From Deferribacterales bacterium (GTDB lineage: Bacteria; Chrysiogenota; Deferribacteres; Deferribacterales; Geovibrionaceae), in contig JBFWLW010000001.1 in assembly GCA_050251945.1 (NCBI GenBank), positions 352,001 through 416,000 on the forward strand: DNA of 64,000 bases, written 5' to 3'. A program made the position numbers and the translations under genes. The notes below the pieces were generated by a model. The model saw only the letters and a list, made by a program, of their open reading frames with translations. It was not told where the DNA came from and searched no databases. Below, one piece after another: positions 1-9,756 of the stretch. Numbering within the stretch: the stretch's first letter is position 1; every line of letters starts with the position of its first letter.

Positions 1-118
1 GATAGCTGCTGTAAATTTGATATTTATCTAAGAATGAATCGCTGAATTCTCTTTCGTTTAAGTCTTTTGCAGCGTCATACGCCTGTTTAAACATTATATT
101 AAAATCAGATTGGCTCAT
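1..118 (-). CDS. 5' part of a hypothetical protein downstream in the fliD-fliS operon (runs off window)
   Basis: ATG at 118 with AAGGA SD; open frame MSQSDFNIMFKQAYDAAKDLNEREFSDSFLDKYQIYSSY to the window edge; not in ORF track. Confidence 0.6.
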   Translation of the reverse strand, partial: MSQSDFNIMFKQAYDAAKDLNEREFSDSFLDKYQIYSSY

Positions 119-159
119 CAGGATTGTTTCCTTCTCAGCTTTATTACGGACACAGTATA

Positions 160-495
160 TTATTCAAACGGGTAAAACTGCATTACTGTGTTCGGATCCG
201 CCTTTTTATGTGCATTCAGAGCAGTTTCCGAGCTGTCGGAAAATTTCTGCTTAAGAGTTTCGAGCATCTCAAACGCTTCGTCTTTTGAGGTTATGGCGTT
301 TGAGCTTTGAACCGCAAGCCTGTTTTCGTTTCTAATGCCTATAACATCAGACATGTACTGTTTGTCAGCAGAAACCGACTCGGCAGAATTATTGCCCGAA
401 TTCACATCTTCAGACTCAGATTGTGTTTTTTTCCTGTCCATCTGCAGGAGTTTTTCCCGCAAATTAACAACGGAACTGTTGGGGTTGATAGTCAT
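160..495 (-). CDS. Hypothetical protein; C-terminal half resembles the flagellin C-terminal (D0) helix
   Basis: 111 aa ORF 3 nt after fliS; ENRLAVQSS..I..KDEAFEM...K......TALNAH...PNTVMQF pattern. Confidence 0.7.
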   Translation of the reverse strand: MTINPNSSVVNLREKLLQMDRKKTQSESEDVNSGNNSAESVSADKQYMSDVIGIRNENRLAVQSSNAITSKDEAFEMLETLKQKFSDSSETALNAHKKADPNTVMQFYPFE

Positions 496-498
496 AAT

Positions 499-927
499 TT
501 ATCCGGCAAAGTTGATGGATCTGACCTCTGCCTCCTGAGATTCCGGTCTTGCGGCTGTGCCCTCTTCTTTCTGGACAACCTCGCGCCATGCCTCTCTCAG
601 GTTAGACATAAGTTTTATCACACTCTCAACCTTGTCTTTACTTTTCTCCCTGTTTGCCTCTATAAGCTGCCAAACCATGAAATCATAGAGCCTCAGGAGG
701 TTTTTTGAAATATCTCCCGCGTCCATGTTCAGGGTGGACATCAGTTCATAGATAATATTCTGGGCTTTCATGATGTTGTTATGAGAGTCCTGAATATTTT
801 TGTCGTCAATAGCTTTAACAGCAATCCGCATAAACTTGATAGCTCCATCATACAGTAAGAGAACAAGTTTTCCTTTGGTGGCTCCTTCAACTTCCTGTTT
901 GATGTAGTTCTTGTAAGGGCTTTGCAT
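499..927 (-). CDS. fliS: Flagellar export chaperone FliS
   Basis: Y..QEVEGAT.GKLVLLLYDGAIKF, NI.KAQNII.EL..TLNM, NL.RLYD, LREAW motifs; follows fliD. Confidence 0.95.
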   Translation of the reverse strand: MQSPYKNYIKQEVEGATKGKLVLLLYDGAIKFMRIAVKAIDDKNIQDSHNNIMKAQNIIYELMSTLNMDAGDISKNLLRLYDFMVWQLIEANREKSKDKVESVIKLMSNLREAWREVVQKEEGTAARPESQEAEVRSINFAG

Positions 928-951
928 AGATTAAAACTCCTATAGTATACA

Positions 952-3642
952 TTAAGATGACGATGATGTCACGCTGCTTAATGCGGATGACTGAGACTGA
1001 GCATCAGATATTGCCTTTTCCATAGCCGTGAACTGCGCCCAGTAGCGTTCAAGCTCCTGCTGCACCCTGTCTTCCTGATCGGTTATTTTTGTGGACAGCT
1101 TATTCAGGTAAGACTGCAGGGTACCGTTCGTTCCTATCTTAGCGCCTATCATACCATCTGAATCGGTATACGCATCAAGCACATAATCACCGAAATATCT
1201 TGCCCAGCCGACTTCATTCTCTATCTGCTGCTGCATCTGCGCTTTCTCTTTGGTGGTTGTAGCATCATCTGTATCTAAATCGGATGAATTCGCAAAAAAT
1301 GTATATACATCTTTAGGATTATTTGTAAGTGCGTCCATAAAAGTTTCGTTGCCTTCAAGAGCGGCATATATTTCATCGTAATCGGTGGACAGCGTAACAA
1401 GGTAACCGTACACCTCTTTTGAAGTGTCACCGGCGCCTGCAACCTCTATTCCGAGATCAGACATATCGTTTATGGAGCTTGTTATCCCCGGACGTTCCGC
1501 AAAGAAAGATTTTCTGAGGTTGGTATCGAGGTTGCGAAGTTCCGAGCTTCGTCTGATTATTTTATAGCTGTTCAAAAGTTCGTAATTTTCCTGATAAGTA
1601 GCGATATCATCTTCGCTCATGCTCTCTTTGTCTGTGTCGGTGAGGTATTCGATGTATTTATCCTCTTCGTCGTCATCAACTTCAGGGGTGTAAAGTTTTT
1701 CCATCAGCACGTTATAGTGCTGTATCAGCTTAGCGAACGCCGCCACCCCCTTTGAAGGGTCAACACTTACGCCTATAGTGGTGGATTCGTTGCTTTCTGT
1801 GTTCAAAGTTAAAGTCAGTCCGGCAACAACGTCGCTTATGACGTTTGTATCTCTGATGTAAGTGGTTCCATCCACAGTAAAGACAGCCCTGCTGCCCTCT
1901 TCGCCTATTGTAGTGGTTTCAGTGGTGTCGCTGGTAAGATTGAACGCTTCCAGAATGTTACTGGTATCGGATGCCGCGCCCACAGTGATAGGGTCTATGG
2001 TATTTGATTTTATTTTAACTTTGTCGGAAGCGGAGTCATAGCTCATCGTAACTTTTGCACCGGATTTGTTAACTTTGTCTATGAGTGTCTGAATGGTGTC
2101 TACAGCAGTATCGACATAAATTGATACGCCGTTTATCGTAAATGTTCCGCTTGCAGGATAGGTGGTAAGCCCTGCGTTTGACAGCTTGGTGGTGGTGCTT
2201 ATGCTTCCCGCCGTACTGCCGACAGTGTATGTCGTATCGCTCGTGGTGTCGAATTTAAAAAGCTTGAGCAAACTGCTGGTATCGCCGTAATCGCCCAGAG
2301 TGATGCTTTTTGCTCCGCTCTCGTTTGATTCCAGCGTGAACTTTTTGGTTGTTGAATCATATGTTGCCGTAACACCGGCACCTGAGCTGTTGATCATACC
2401 CAAAACGTCATCGACGCTGAGTTTCGTGTAATCGCTGATAGTTATTGCAACGTCGTTTATTGTAAAAGTTCCGTTCAGATCGGTGCCGGCGGCAACAGAG
2501 AAACCGGCGTTCTCAAGTCCTTTGGTTGTCGTATTGAGCGTACCTGATGTCACAGCGTCAGACACATATGATGAGTATGTCGATGCAGAAACCTTAAGCG
2601 ACGCGTCCTGCGCAAATACGAACGTTCCGGTTGTGATTGTGCCTGACTGTTCGATAGTTGCTCCCGGTACAAGACCCGAGATTGAACTGGCAAGTTTATT
2701 CTGCAAATTTTCTGCTGTGTCAGCAAGGTGATATTTATTTATTTTGGTCACCGTTGAAAGCGTCGGTGAAGACGAAGAGGAAAAACCGAGTTCATCCCTT
2801 AAAGTTGTGCTGTCGTCACCGCCAAATGCAATGTTGAAATCGTCTATGGTAGTTTCATACATGGAAAAATTCCATGCGGATGATGTGCTGTCATAATCGG
2901 CTCTCATGGTTACATACTGCACATTATTGGTTCCCATGGAAGCGTTAAGAGCGTTGTTCAATGTATCTTCAATATTGGTGGATACAACGTTGATATCCTG
3001 ACCTGACGAGCCGAAAGTCCCGCTTATTGTAACGGACTGGTCATTTCCGTCCGCATCAGTATATGTAAACTGGAGGTCGCCGGAAACGTCTGCTGTTAAG
3101 GCTCCGTTAGCATCAACACCGGCAAATGTTGAACCTGCCTGTTTTGAGACAGATCCGATGTTGCTGACCTCAAAAACATCCGTAGAAAGATATTGTGAAG
3201 ATACCGTCGAAATCGTAACGGTATGCTTTCCCTCAAGGGATTCGGTTGCTCTGCCGGATATTTTTGTAATATTTGCTCCGGCAGTCACAAGACCCACACG
3301 GGTATATGAACTCAATGCTTCGGAGTTTTTCGCCAGTTTTGAAACTTTCAGCGAATGTGTGCCGATATCGGCTTCTGTCGTTGCGGTGGCTGTGGCAACG
3401 GATTCATTAGTGGAGGATACCTTTTTGCTCAGAAACGTTGATTCAAGTTTAAGCGACAGAAGATCGGATGACATATCCCCCATCATCTCGTTGATTGAGG
3501 TATATGTATTTTTCTCCAGTGCTTTATATGAATACTGTCCGTTCAGCCTGTCCACAGCGATATTCGCCTGTTGTGTGAGCTGTTCAACCAGTGCGTTTGT
3601 ATCCAGCCCAGAAACAATGCCGCCAACCTGTATTCCGGCCAT
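952..3642 (-). CDS. fliD: Flagellar filament cap protein FliD (long, 896 aa)
   Basis: N-terminal GIVSGLDTNALVEQL; C-terminal ERYWAQFTAMEKAIS..QSQSSAL; adjacent to fliS. Confidence 0.93.
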   Translation of the reverse strand: MAGIQVGGIVSGLDTNALVEQLTQQANIAVDRLNGQYSYKALEKNTYTSINEMMGDMSSDLLSLKLESTFLSKKVSSTNESVATATATTEADIGTHSLKVSKLAKNSEALSSYTRVGLVTAGANITKISGRATESLEGKHTVTISTVSSQYLSTDVFEVSNIGSVSKQAGSTFAGVDANGALTADVSGDLQFTYTDADGNDQSVTISGTFGSSGQDINVVSTNIEDTLNNALNASMGTNNVQYVTMRADYDSTSSAWNFSMYETTIDDFNIAFGGDDSTTLRDELGFSSSSSPTLSTVTKINKYHLADTAENLQNKLASSISGLVPGATIEQSGTITTGTFVFAQDASLKVSASTYSSYVSDAVTSGTLNTTTKGLENAGFSVAAGTDLNGTFTINDVAITISDYTKLSVDDVLGMINSSGAGVTATYDSTTKKFTLESNESGAKSITLGDYGDTSSLLKLFKFDTTSDTTYTVGSTAGSISTTTKLSNAGLTTYPASGTFTINGVSIYVDTAVDTIQTLIDKVNKSGAKVTMSYDSASDKVKIKSNTIDPITVGAASDTSNILEAFNLTSDTTETTTIGEEGSRAVFTVDGTTYIRDTNVISDVVAGLTLTLNTESNESTTIGVSVDPSKGVAAFAKLIQHYNVLMEKLYTPEVDDDEEDKYIEYLTDTDKESMSEDDIATYQENYELLNSYKIIRRSSELRNLDTNLRKSFFAERPGITSSINDMSDLGIEVAGAGDTSKEVYGYLVTLSTDYDEIYAALEGNETFMDALTNNPKDVYTFFANSSDLDTDDATTTKEKAQMQQQIENEVGWARYFGDYVLDAYTDSDGMIGAKIGTNGTLQSYLNKLSTKITDQEDRVQQELERYWAQFTAMEKAISDAQSQSSALSSVTSSSS

Positions 3643-3668
3643 AGGTCAACCTCCTGAGGATATCAGTC

Positions 3669-3696
3669 TATTCGGACCGATTTCTTCCAATCTTTA
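3669..3696 (-). promoter_or_regulatory. Putative sigma-28 (FliA) promoter of the fliD operon
   Basis: Minus strand TAAA-N16-TCCGAATA upstream of the AGGAGG SD; resembles TAAA-N15-GCCGATAA. Confidence 0.6.
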
Positions 3697-3739
3697 GAAA
3701 CAAATTGCCCAAACATCAAAAATGTATTAAGCAATAGGT

Positions 3740-4375
3740 ATGAAAAATATTATCGTTTACGACTGCGACGGCGTGCTGTTTAACAGCACCATGGCGGTTA
3801 GGGGTTATTATGACTTCGTATTTGAAAAATACGGCGTCCCTGTTATCGACTGGGAAAACCCTTCCCTTGTAAAACTCGCCATGATGGGAACCAACGAAGG
3901 AATAATCAGACATTTCGTCAGCGACGAAAAACTGATAGCCGAAATGCTTGAATTCGCCATGAAAATGAACTTTAAGATGTTCATCGACCTCATGAAACCT
4001 AACCCAAACATACACGACACCCTCGAAAAACTCCGGAATTCCGGACGCAGTCTCGCTGTTTTCACAAACAGAGGCATATCGCTTTCATACCTTCTGGAAC
4101 ATTTCGGCATGGGAAATTTTTTCTCCTACACCGTCACATGCATGGATGTAGCAAAACCGAAGCCAAACCCTGAAGGGCTTTACAAAATAATGGAATATTT
4201 CGGGAGTAAAAAAGAGGAACTGCTGTTCATCGGCGATTCAATGACAGACTATCTTGCGGCAAAATCCGCAGACGTGCATTTCCTCGCATATGAGAACGAA
4301 CTTGAGAACAGCAGGATAATCAGTGACCACGCAGAGGTATTCGATTATCTGTGTACAAGCTCTTTCAAAGCCTGA
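3740..4375 (+). CDS. HAD-superfamily hydrolase (phosphoglycolate phosphatase-like)
   Basis: DCDGVL motif I, FTN motif II, KPNP and IGDS motifs. Confidence 0.88.
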   Translation: MKNIIVYDCDGVLFNSTMAVRGYYDFVFEKYGVPVIDWENPSLVKLAMMGTNEGIIRHFVSDEKLIAEMLEFAMKMNFKMFIDLMKPNPNIHDTLEKLRNSGRSLAVFTNRGISLSYLLEHFGMGNFFSYTVTCMDVAKPKPNPEGLYKIMEYFGSKKEELLFIGDSMTDYLAAKSADVHFLAYENELENSRIISDHAEVFDYLCTSSFKA

Positions 4376-5178
4376 TAAACGGAATAAGGCGTGTTCAGAG
4401 TTTCGGGACCGGTACCCAGAGCTATCTTAAGCTTGTTATCGCCGTGAAAATCGCTTCCGCCTGAAACTCCGAGACCAAATTTTTCTGCCATGGCAAGATA
4501 GAAGGGGCGTCTTTCAGGAGCAACCTCCGAGCAGAATACTTCAATGGCATCAAGCCCTTTCTCTTTATATTCTGCAAGAAAAGTTTCCGTGGAATCGTCT
4601 TCAAGGCGCAGGCTGACAGGGTGCGCCAGAACTGTTATGCCGCCTGCTCCGTGTATCATAGCCGCCGCATCTTCAAAACTGAGCCTTGCCTTGTCTGCAT
4701 AAAGAGGTTTGCCTTTCGCAAGATATTTATCAAAAGCCTCCTGCATGGTTGAGACAACATGACATTTTATAAGAAATTTTGCTATATGCGGTCTGCCCAG
4801 TTCTCCTTCGTTGCCGTCTGAAACGTCGTTAAGCGTCACCTCGCGCCCGAGCAGATTGCTGACGGATGTCAGAATTTTCTCATTTCTTGTTCTGCGGGCA
4901 CTTTTAAGAAAATTCAATGTCTCGTTCAGCTTTTTTTCACGATAATCCAGAAAAAGCCCCACAAGGTGAAATGTTCCTTTGTCATAATCTATACTGAGTT
5001 CTGTGCCCGCCACACGCTCAACTTTTGTTTCATGGGAGAAGAAATCAGGCAGCCCGTCAACAGTGTCGTGGTCTGTCAGCGCCAGCACCTCAACACCTCT
5101 TTTTTCAGCATATTCAAGGAGTTTTGCAGGAGAAAACGTACCGTCAGAATAAGTTGAATGACAATGAAGATCTATCAT
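4345..5178 (-). CDS. PHP-domain phosphoesterase (TrpH/YciV-like)
   Basis: DLHCHSTYSDG, LTDHD, GRPHIA, LAHP, GGSDFHG. Confidence 0.92.
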   Translation of the reverse strand: MIDLHCHSTYSDGTFSPAKLLEYAEKRGVEVLALTDHDTVDGLPDFFSHETKVERVAGTELSIDYDKGTFHLVGLFLDYREKKLNETLNFLKSARRTRNEKILTSVSNLLGREVTLNDVSDGNEGELGRPHIAKFLIKCHVVSTMQEAFDKYLAKGKPLYADKARLSFEDAAAMIHGAGGITVLAHPVSLRLEDDSTETFLAEYKEKGLDAIEVFCSEVAPERRPFYLAMAEKFGLGVSGGSDFHGDNKLKIALGTGPETLNTPYSVYQALKELVHR

Positions 5179-5225
5179 GAAAAACTCCTTGTTATTATCA
5201 TTTTAACAATATATTATGTCTTATT

Positions 5226-5609
5226 ATGTATAGATTCCAGTATATACTTTACAGAATTTGTGTCAACGTTATTGGGATAGGTTTTGCATCGCTCGTTATG
5301 GAGAGCATCAATGTAAAATCATACGGCGCTCTGATTGCGGCCTCACTTATCCTTACGTTTTTTCAGGCTTTTCTGCGCCCGCTCCTGTTTTTTCTGACAC
5401 TTCCGTTTCAGATACTAAGTCTGGGCATAGGATATATGATAATCAACTCCATGCTCCTGCTTCTGACGGCACACTTTATTGAAGAACTTGTTATAAAAGG
5501 TTTCTGGGCGGCATTTCTCGGCGCTATAATCATCAGTATAGTAAATCTGGTGTTCGATTCTTTTTCATCCCGCTCCGCCGTCAAATTTTATTACCGCAAA
5601 GGCGAATAA
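5226..5609 (+). CDS. 4-TM membrane protein, YvlD/phage-holin-like family
   Basis: RP.L..LTLP..ILSLG...IIN and GFWAAFLGAIIISIVN pattern. Confidence 0.8.
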   Translation: MYRFQYILYRICVNVIGIGFASLVMESINVKSYGALIAASLILTFFQAFLRPLLFFLTLPFQILSLGIGYMIINSMLLLLTAHFIEELVIKGFWAAFLGAIIISIVNLVFDSFSSRSAVKFYYRKGE

Positions 5610-5613
5610 TTGA

Positions 5614-5910
5614 ATGAACAAAAAGCTGTATAAGGTCGTCTTTATAGACGAAGATAAAAAGGTTCAGACCATACACGCAAGCTATCTGAACCCGTCATCA
5701 TTCCTTGGTCTGATAGAGATATCGGACATCGTTTTCATAGGTCAGTCGGATATAATCATCTCTCCGGACGACGGAAAACTGAAAGAGGTCTTCAAAAACG
5801 TCGAGCGCTCGTATATTCCTCTGAATTATATCATACGCATCGACGAAATTACTATGCAGAAAGAAACTCCGGTTATAAGGCTATACAGTGAAACTAAAGC
5901 TGATTCATAA
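5614..5910 (+). CDS. DUF1820-like protein
   Basis: YKVVF..., GLIEISD.VF, LKEVF..V.RSYIP...IIRIDE pattern. Confidence 0.7.
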   Translation: MNKKLYKVVFIDEDKKVQTIHASYLNPSSFLGLIEISDIVFIGQSDIIISPDDGKLKEVFKNVERSYIPLNYIIRIDEITMQKETPVIRLYSETKADS

Positions 5911-6940
5911 ATACATTCTGAAAGAACTGCTGCCGATATTTTTACTCGGCAACATTTTTTTTATACTGCTTCTGCTTCTGGACAAACTTGTCGACCTGTC
6001 AGACCTTTTTTTCACAAAAAGCGTCCCCGGCTGGCTGATAATTCAAACGGTTATTTATTACCTGCCGTCTTTCTTCGTAATAACCATACCTACGTCGGCA
6101 CTGCTCGCCGTTATTTTCGTCTTCGGAAGGATGTCTTCTGAGAGCGAAATAATCGCTATGCGGTCATTCGGCGCAGGCAAAAGATTTTTCCTTTTGCCCG
6201 CAATGATATTTGCTGTCGGAGTATTTATTTTGGGTGTAGCTATGAGTGCTTATCTTATGCCTAAAGGAAGCTTTCTGGCGGCTGAGAACGTACTTAAAAT
6301 GGCAAAACTTGTATCCATCCGGGATATCAAGGAAAAAGAGCTTTACGAAGAGCTTAAGGGTTATGTTTTTTACGCTGAGAAGAAAATAAGCGATACCAAA
6401 TACGCAAGACTCATGATCATTGATAAATCAAAGAACTCCGTCATAACAGCGGAAACCGCCAAGATCATCCCGACAGGTGACGCGGGGCTTTTGCTTGAAC
6501 TTTCAAACGGACGAATAGCAACCATCCGCGAAGACAATATGCACTCGACCATTAATTTCGATAAATTTGTCATCAATGCCCCTCTGACAGAGGCATCCAG
6601 AGTGACAATAAAAACTGAACGTCTGATGCCAATGGGTGAATTGAGGGCAAACTTCAACGAAGACCCCATATACAAATTTGAATATTCCAAACGTTTCTCT
6701 ATGCCGTTTGCGGCAATCATAATGTGCGTGTTCGGCATGAGCATCGGAATGTTCTTTCACAGAAGCGGAAAAACAATGGCGATCCCCTCAACGGTCTTCA
6801 TTGTCGTCATATACAACATGATGTTCCTTGTTGCGCAGAATATCGCAGCCGAAGGCAGTATCGAACCGTTCTTTGCGGCATGGGTGCCGAACGTATTCTT
6901 CGGCATTATAAGTATTTTCGCTTACGAGAGAGTTCTATGA
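5888..6940 (+). CDS. lptF: LPS export ABC permease LptF/LptG family
   Basis: IHKYILKE start, RMSSESEIIAMRSFG, AAWVPN end; tandem with a paralog. Confidence 0.88.
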   Translation: MKLKLIHKYILKELLPIFLLGNIFFILLLLLDKLVDLSDLFFTKSVPGWLIIQTVIYYLPSFFVITIPTSALLAVIFVFGRMSSESEIIAMRSFGAGKRFFLLPAMIFAVGVFILGVAMSAYLMPKGSFLAAENVLKMAKLVSIRDIKEKELYEELKGYVFYAEKKISDTKYARLMIIDKSKNSVITAETAKIIPTGDAGLLLELSNGRIATIREDNMHSTINFDKFVINAPLTEASRVTIKTERLMPMGELRANFNEDPIYKFEYSKRFSMPFAAIIMCVFGMSIGMFFHRSGKTMAIPSTVFIVVIYNMMFLVAQNIAAEGSIEPFFAAWVPNVFFGIISIFAYERVL

Positions 6941-8025
6941 TATCCAAATTTGATAAATATATCATATCTTTATTCCTTAAATATACTATTGTGGTTCAGA
7001 TTGTTGTAGGGGTTATTTCTCTGCTGGCAAGTGCCGCAATGCACACTGACCTGATAGATAAATACAAAGTCGGCATTGTTGAAGTGCTAATTTTTGACAT
7101 GATGAAGATACCGTATCTGCTTTATACCACCATGCCGATGTCCATTGTTATTTCGACAATGCTCGTGATACTGACACTTATCAAAAACAACGAACTGATG
7201 GCATACGTTTCCCTCGGCGGGAAGATACGCAATCTGATTCAGCCGTTTCTTATATCCGGCGTAGTTGTCGCCCTGCTTCTTGTCCTTACGGCAAACACAA
7301 TCAACCCGAAAGTAATGTACATGCGGGAAAAATATGCTGCGGAGATCATATATAAAAAAGAGATGGACATCCGCCCTTCCCTTACCAACATATGGATGAA
7401 ACTTCACGGCAATAAATTCATCCACATAACCGCCCTTGACCCTGACAAGATGGAATTTCACTATGTCACCGAATATACTCTGAACGATAAACTGCAGGTC
7501 GAATCAATTGAAACATACAACTCTGCAAAAAAAGACGGCGACAAGTGGAAGCTGTTCAATCAGAAGAAATACGACATGATGAACGTTCCCAAAAAGACCT
7601 ATGACGTCAGAAATATAACTATGACAAAACCGATATTTGACGAACTTTCAAAAATGCCGTTCCTTAAACCGCAGTTCGTATCCATCGGTGATATATACAA
7701 GGTTGCCGAGGTTATGAAAAATCAAAACGTCAATACTTCTAAATATATGCTGCAAATATACAAAATATTCGCTCACGCGATAAGCGTTCTGGTCATAATA
7801 CTTGTGATCTTCCCGCTTTGCGTGGACTTTAACAGAAACCACTCATACATAAAAGCTGCGGCAAAATCTTTAGGGGTCGGTTTCGCATTCTGGATGAGTG
7901 TCGCATCATGCTCTTCTCTGGGTAAGAACGGCGTTCTCAGCCCTTTCATGTCGAGTTTTCTGCCTATAATCCTGTTCGCATGTCTCGCGGTTTACATCAT
8001 CTACAGGCGTGAACATGCAATGTAG
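6937..8025 (+). CDS. lptG: LPS export ABC permease LptF/LptG family
   Basis: Likely start ATG 6937 (ATGA overlap) MISKFDKYI; L.KNNELMA..SLG motif. Confidence 0.85.
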   Translation: MISKFDKYIISLFLKYTIVVQIVVGVISLLASAAMHTDLIDKYKVGIVEVLIFDMMKIPYLLYTTMPMSIVISTMLVILTLIKNNELMAYVSLGGKIRNLIQPFLISGVVVALLLVLTANTINPKVMYMREKYAAEIIYKKEMDIRPSLTNIWMKLHGNKFIHITALDPDKMEFHYVTEYTLNDKLQVESIETYNSAKKDGDKWKLFNQKKYDMMNVPKKTYDVRNITMTKPIFDELSKMPFLKPQFVSIGDIYKVAEVMKNQNVNTSKYMLQIYKIFAHAISVLVIILVIFPLCVDFNRNHSYIKAAAKSLGVGFAFWMSVASCSSLGKNGVLSPFMSSFLPIILFACLAVYIIYRREHAM

Positions 8026-8046
8026 TTTTATTGAACATATTACAGT

Positions 8047-8075
8047 TTGACTTTACAGGCATATTGGAATAATAT
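8047..8075 (+). promoter_or_regulatory. Putative sigma-70 promoter of leuB
   Basis: TTGACT-N17-TAATAT upstream of the AAGGAG SD. Confidence 0.55.
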
Positions 8076-8106
8076 TCGGAGTTCACTAATATAAGGAGCG
8101 TTCAAA

Positions 8107-9183
8107 ATGGCAAAAATAGCAGTTTTACCGGGTGACGGAATCGGACCCGAAGTGATGCAGCAGGCTATTAAGGTTCTGAACAAAGTATCTGAAAAATATA
8201 ACAAAACATTTGAATTCAGCTTTGCCGACATAGGCGGTATAGCCATAGACAACCACGGCACACCCCTGCCCGAATCCACACTGGCACTTTGCGAACAGTC
8301 AGAAGCTATCCTGTTCGGCTCTGTGGGCGGTCCCAAATGGGAAAACCTTCCCCCTGCCCAACAGCCCGAAAGAGGCGCCCTGCTCCCCCTGCGCAAGCAT
8401 TTCGGTCTGTTCTGCAACATCAGACCCGTAAAGATATTCCCTTCCCTTATTGATGCTAGCTCGCTTAAAAACGAACTCATCCCCGAGGGACTTGATATAG
8501 CCTTCTTCCGCGAACTTACAGGCGGTATCTACTTCGGTCAGCCCAAAGAGATAAACGCTGAACGCACCATGGGTATGGATACTATGCTCTATACAAAACC
8601 CGAAGTTGAGCGTATTGCAAAACTCGCCTTTGAAGCCGCCAGACTGCGCAGAAACAAAGTCACCAGCGTGGACAAGGCAAACGTACTCATGTCCTCTATC
8701 CTTTGGCGTGAGACCGTTACAGAGGTTCACAAAAGCTATCCCGACGTTGAGCTGAACCACATGTATGTTGACAATGCCGCAATGCAGCTCGTTCGCTGGC
8801 CCTCCCAGTTTGACGTTGTAGTGACAGAAAATATGTTCGGCGACATCCTTTCCGACGAAGCCGCTATGCTTACAGGTTCTCTGGGCATGCTTCCTTCCGC
8901 TTCTATCAACGAGTCCAACTTCGGACTTTACGAACCCATCGGCGGAACGGCACCAGACATAGCAGGACAGAACATAGCTAACCCTATCGCACAGATAATG
9001 TCAGCGGCTCTTATGTGCCGTTATTCTCTGGGCTTGGATGCTGCGGCAACGGATATAGAGAACGCTATTCAGAAAGTTCTGGACGAAGGTTACAGAACAG
9101 GCGATATCTTTAACAAGAACAAGACAGGTCAGACACTGGTCAAAACAGACAAGATGGGCGACCTTATCTCTGAAAGAATATAA
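8107..9183 (+). CDS. leuB: 3-isopropylmalate dehydrogenase
   Basis: [45 protein letters not shown]. Confidence 0.97.
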   Translation: MAKIAVLPGDGIGPEVMQQAIKVLNKVSEKYNKTFEFSFADIGGIAIDNHGTPLPESTLALCEQSEAILFGSVGGPKWENLPPAQQPERGALLPLRKHFGLFCNIRPVKIFPSLIDASSLKNELIPEGLDIAFFRELTGGIYFGQPKEINAERTMGMDTMLYTKPEVERIAKLAFEAARLRRNKVTSVDKANVLMSSILWRETVTEVHKSYPDVELNHMYVDNAAMQLVRWPSQFDVVVTENMFGDILSDEAAMLTGSLGMLPSASINESNFGLYEPIGGTAPDIAGQNIANPIAQIMSAALMCRYSLGLDAAATDIENAIQKVLDEGYRTGDIFNKNKTGQTLVKTDKMGDLISERI

Positions 9184-9210
9184 CTTAAAAAGGCGACCTT
9201 CCGGTCGCCT

Positions 9211-9352
9211 CAGACTAATGACAAAGTCAGAAAAATGCGAGATCGCGTCGTCGCATGCGCTCCTCGCGAAGACGTAAATTGCTGTCATTGCGAGGAAGCT
9301 GTAGGCTGACGCGGCAATCTCATTAACTTTTAACCAGTTTGTCAATAACCCG
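9211..9352. mobile_element. ~142-bp MITE copy 1 with internal REP dyad, flanked by a 20-bp duplicated hairpin
   Basis: Ends CAGACTAATGACAAA / TTTGTCAATAACCCG; direct repeat AGGCGACCTTCCGGTCGCCT at 9191-9210 and 9353-9372; homologous to 39587-39727. Confidence 0.8.
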
Positions 9353-9375
9353 AGGCGACCTTCCGGTCGCCTTTC

Positions 9376-9633
9376 TTATTTCCTTTTAAACATATAACTT
9401 TTAAGCGCTCCCCAGTTCAGATAAATGTGGAACAGGGTGATCATCGCCATCAATACCGAACCGTATTCGTGAGTTCTCTTCAGTACAAGCCCGAAACTTA
9501 TTGCTTCGACAGCTTTGTGTGCTGCATCAGGTCTGGGACCGTGAGGCATAAAGAAAATTGTTAATCCTGTTACGGCAGATATGATGAACAGGGCAAAAGT
9601 AATAATGGAAACAGTATTTCTGTATTTTGACAT
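9376..9633 (-). CDS. DUF4405-like small 2-TM protein
   Basis: Start ATG 9633 with GGAG SD; SAVTG...H.Y.S......HIYLNW pattern. Confidence 0.75.
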   Translation of the reverse strand: MSKYRNTVSIITFALFIISAVTGLTIFFMPHGPRPDAAHKAVEAISFGLVLKRTHEYGSVLMAMITLFHIYLNWGALKSYMFKRK

Positions 9634-9756
9634 GTTTTCCCTCCACGGGAAAATATGCAAACAGCATGCCATTTAATATTTTGTTATTCAACAATTATTT
9701 ACAATATAATGCGTATGCGTATTTTTCACACATGATGGAAAAATTTGCACACTTCT

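Noticed and set aside
5226..5609. Holin as evidence of a prophage
   Set aside because: Family is common in chromosomes; no phage genes nearby
6724..6936. N-terminal extension of the lptG ORF in the track
   Set aside because: Overlaps lptF; the real start is more likely ATG 6937
9001..9345. ORFs spanning REP/MITE sequence (also 34980-35270 and 35147-35836)
   Set aside because: Translations of palindromic repeats (e.g. CHCEERSDAAI) that overlap real genes
9696..9725. dif-like sequence ATTTACAATATAATGCGTATGCGTATT
   Set aside because: Arm spacing is off by one with several mismatches to dif; more likely promoter sequence
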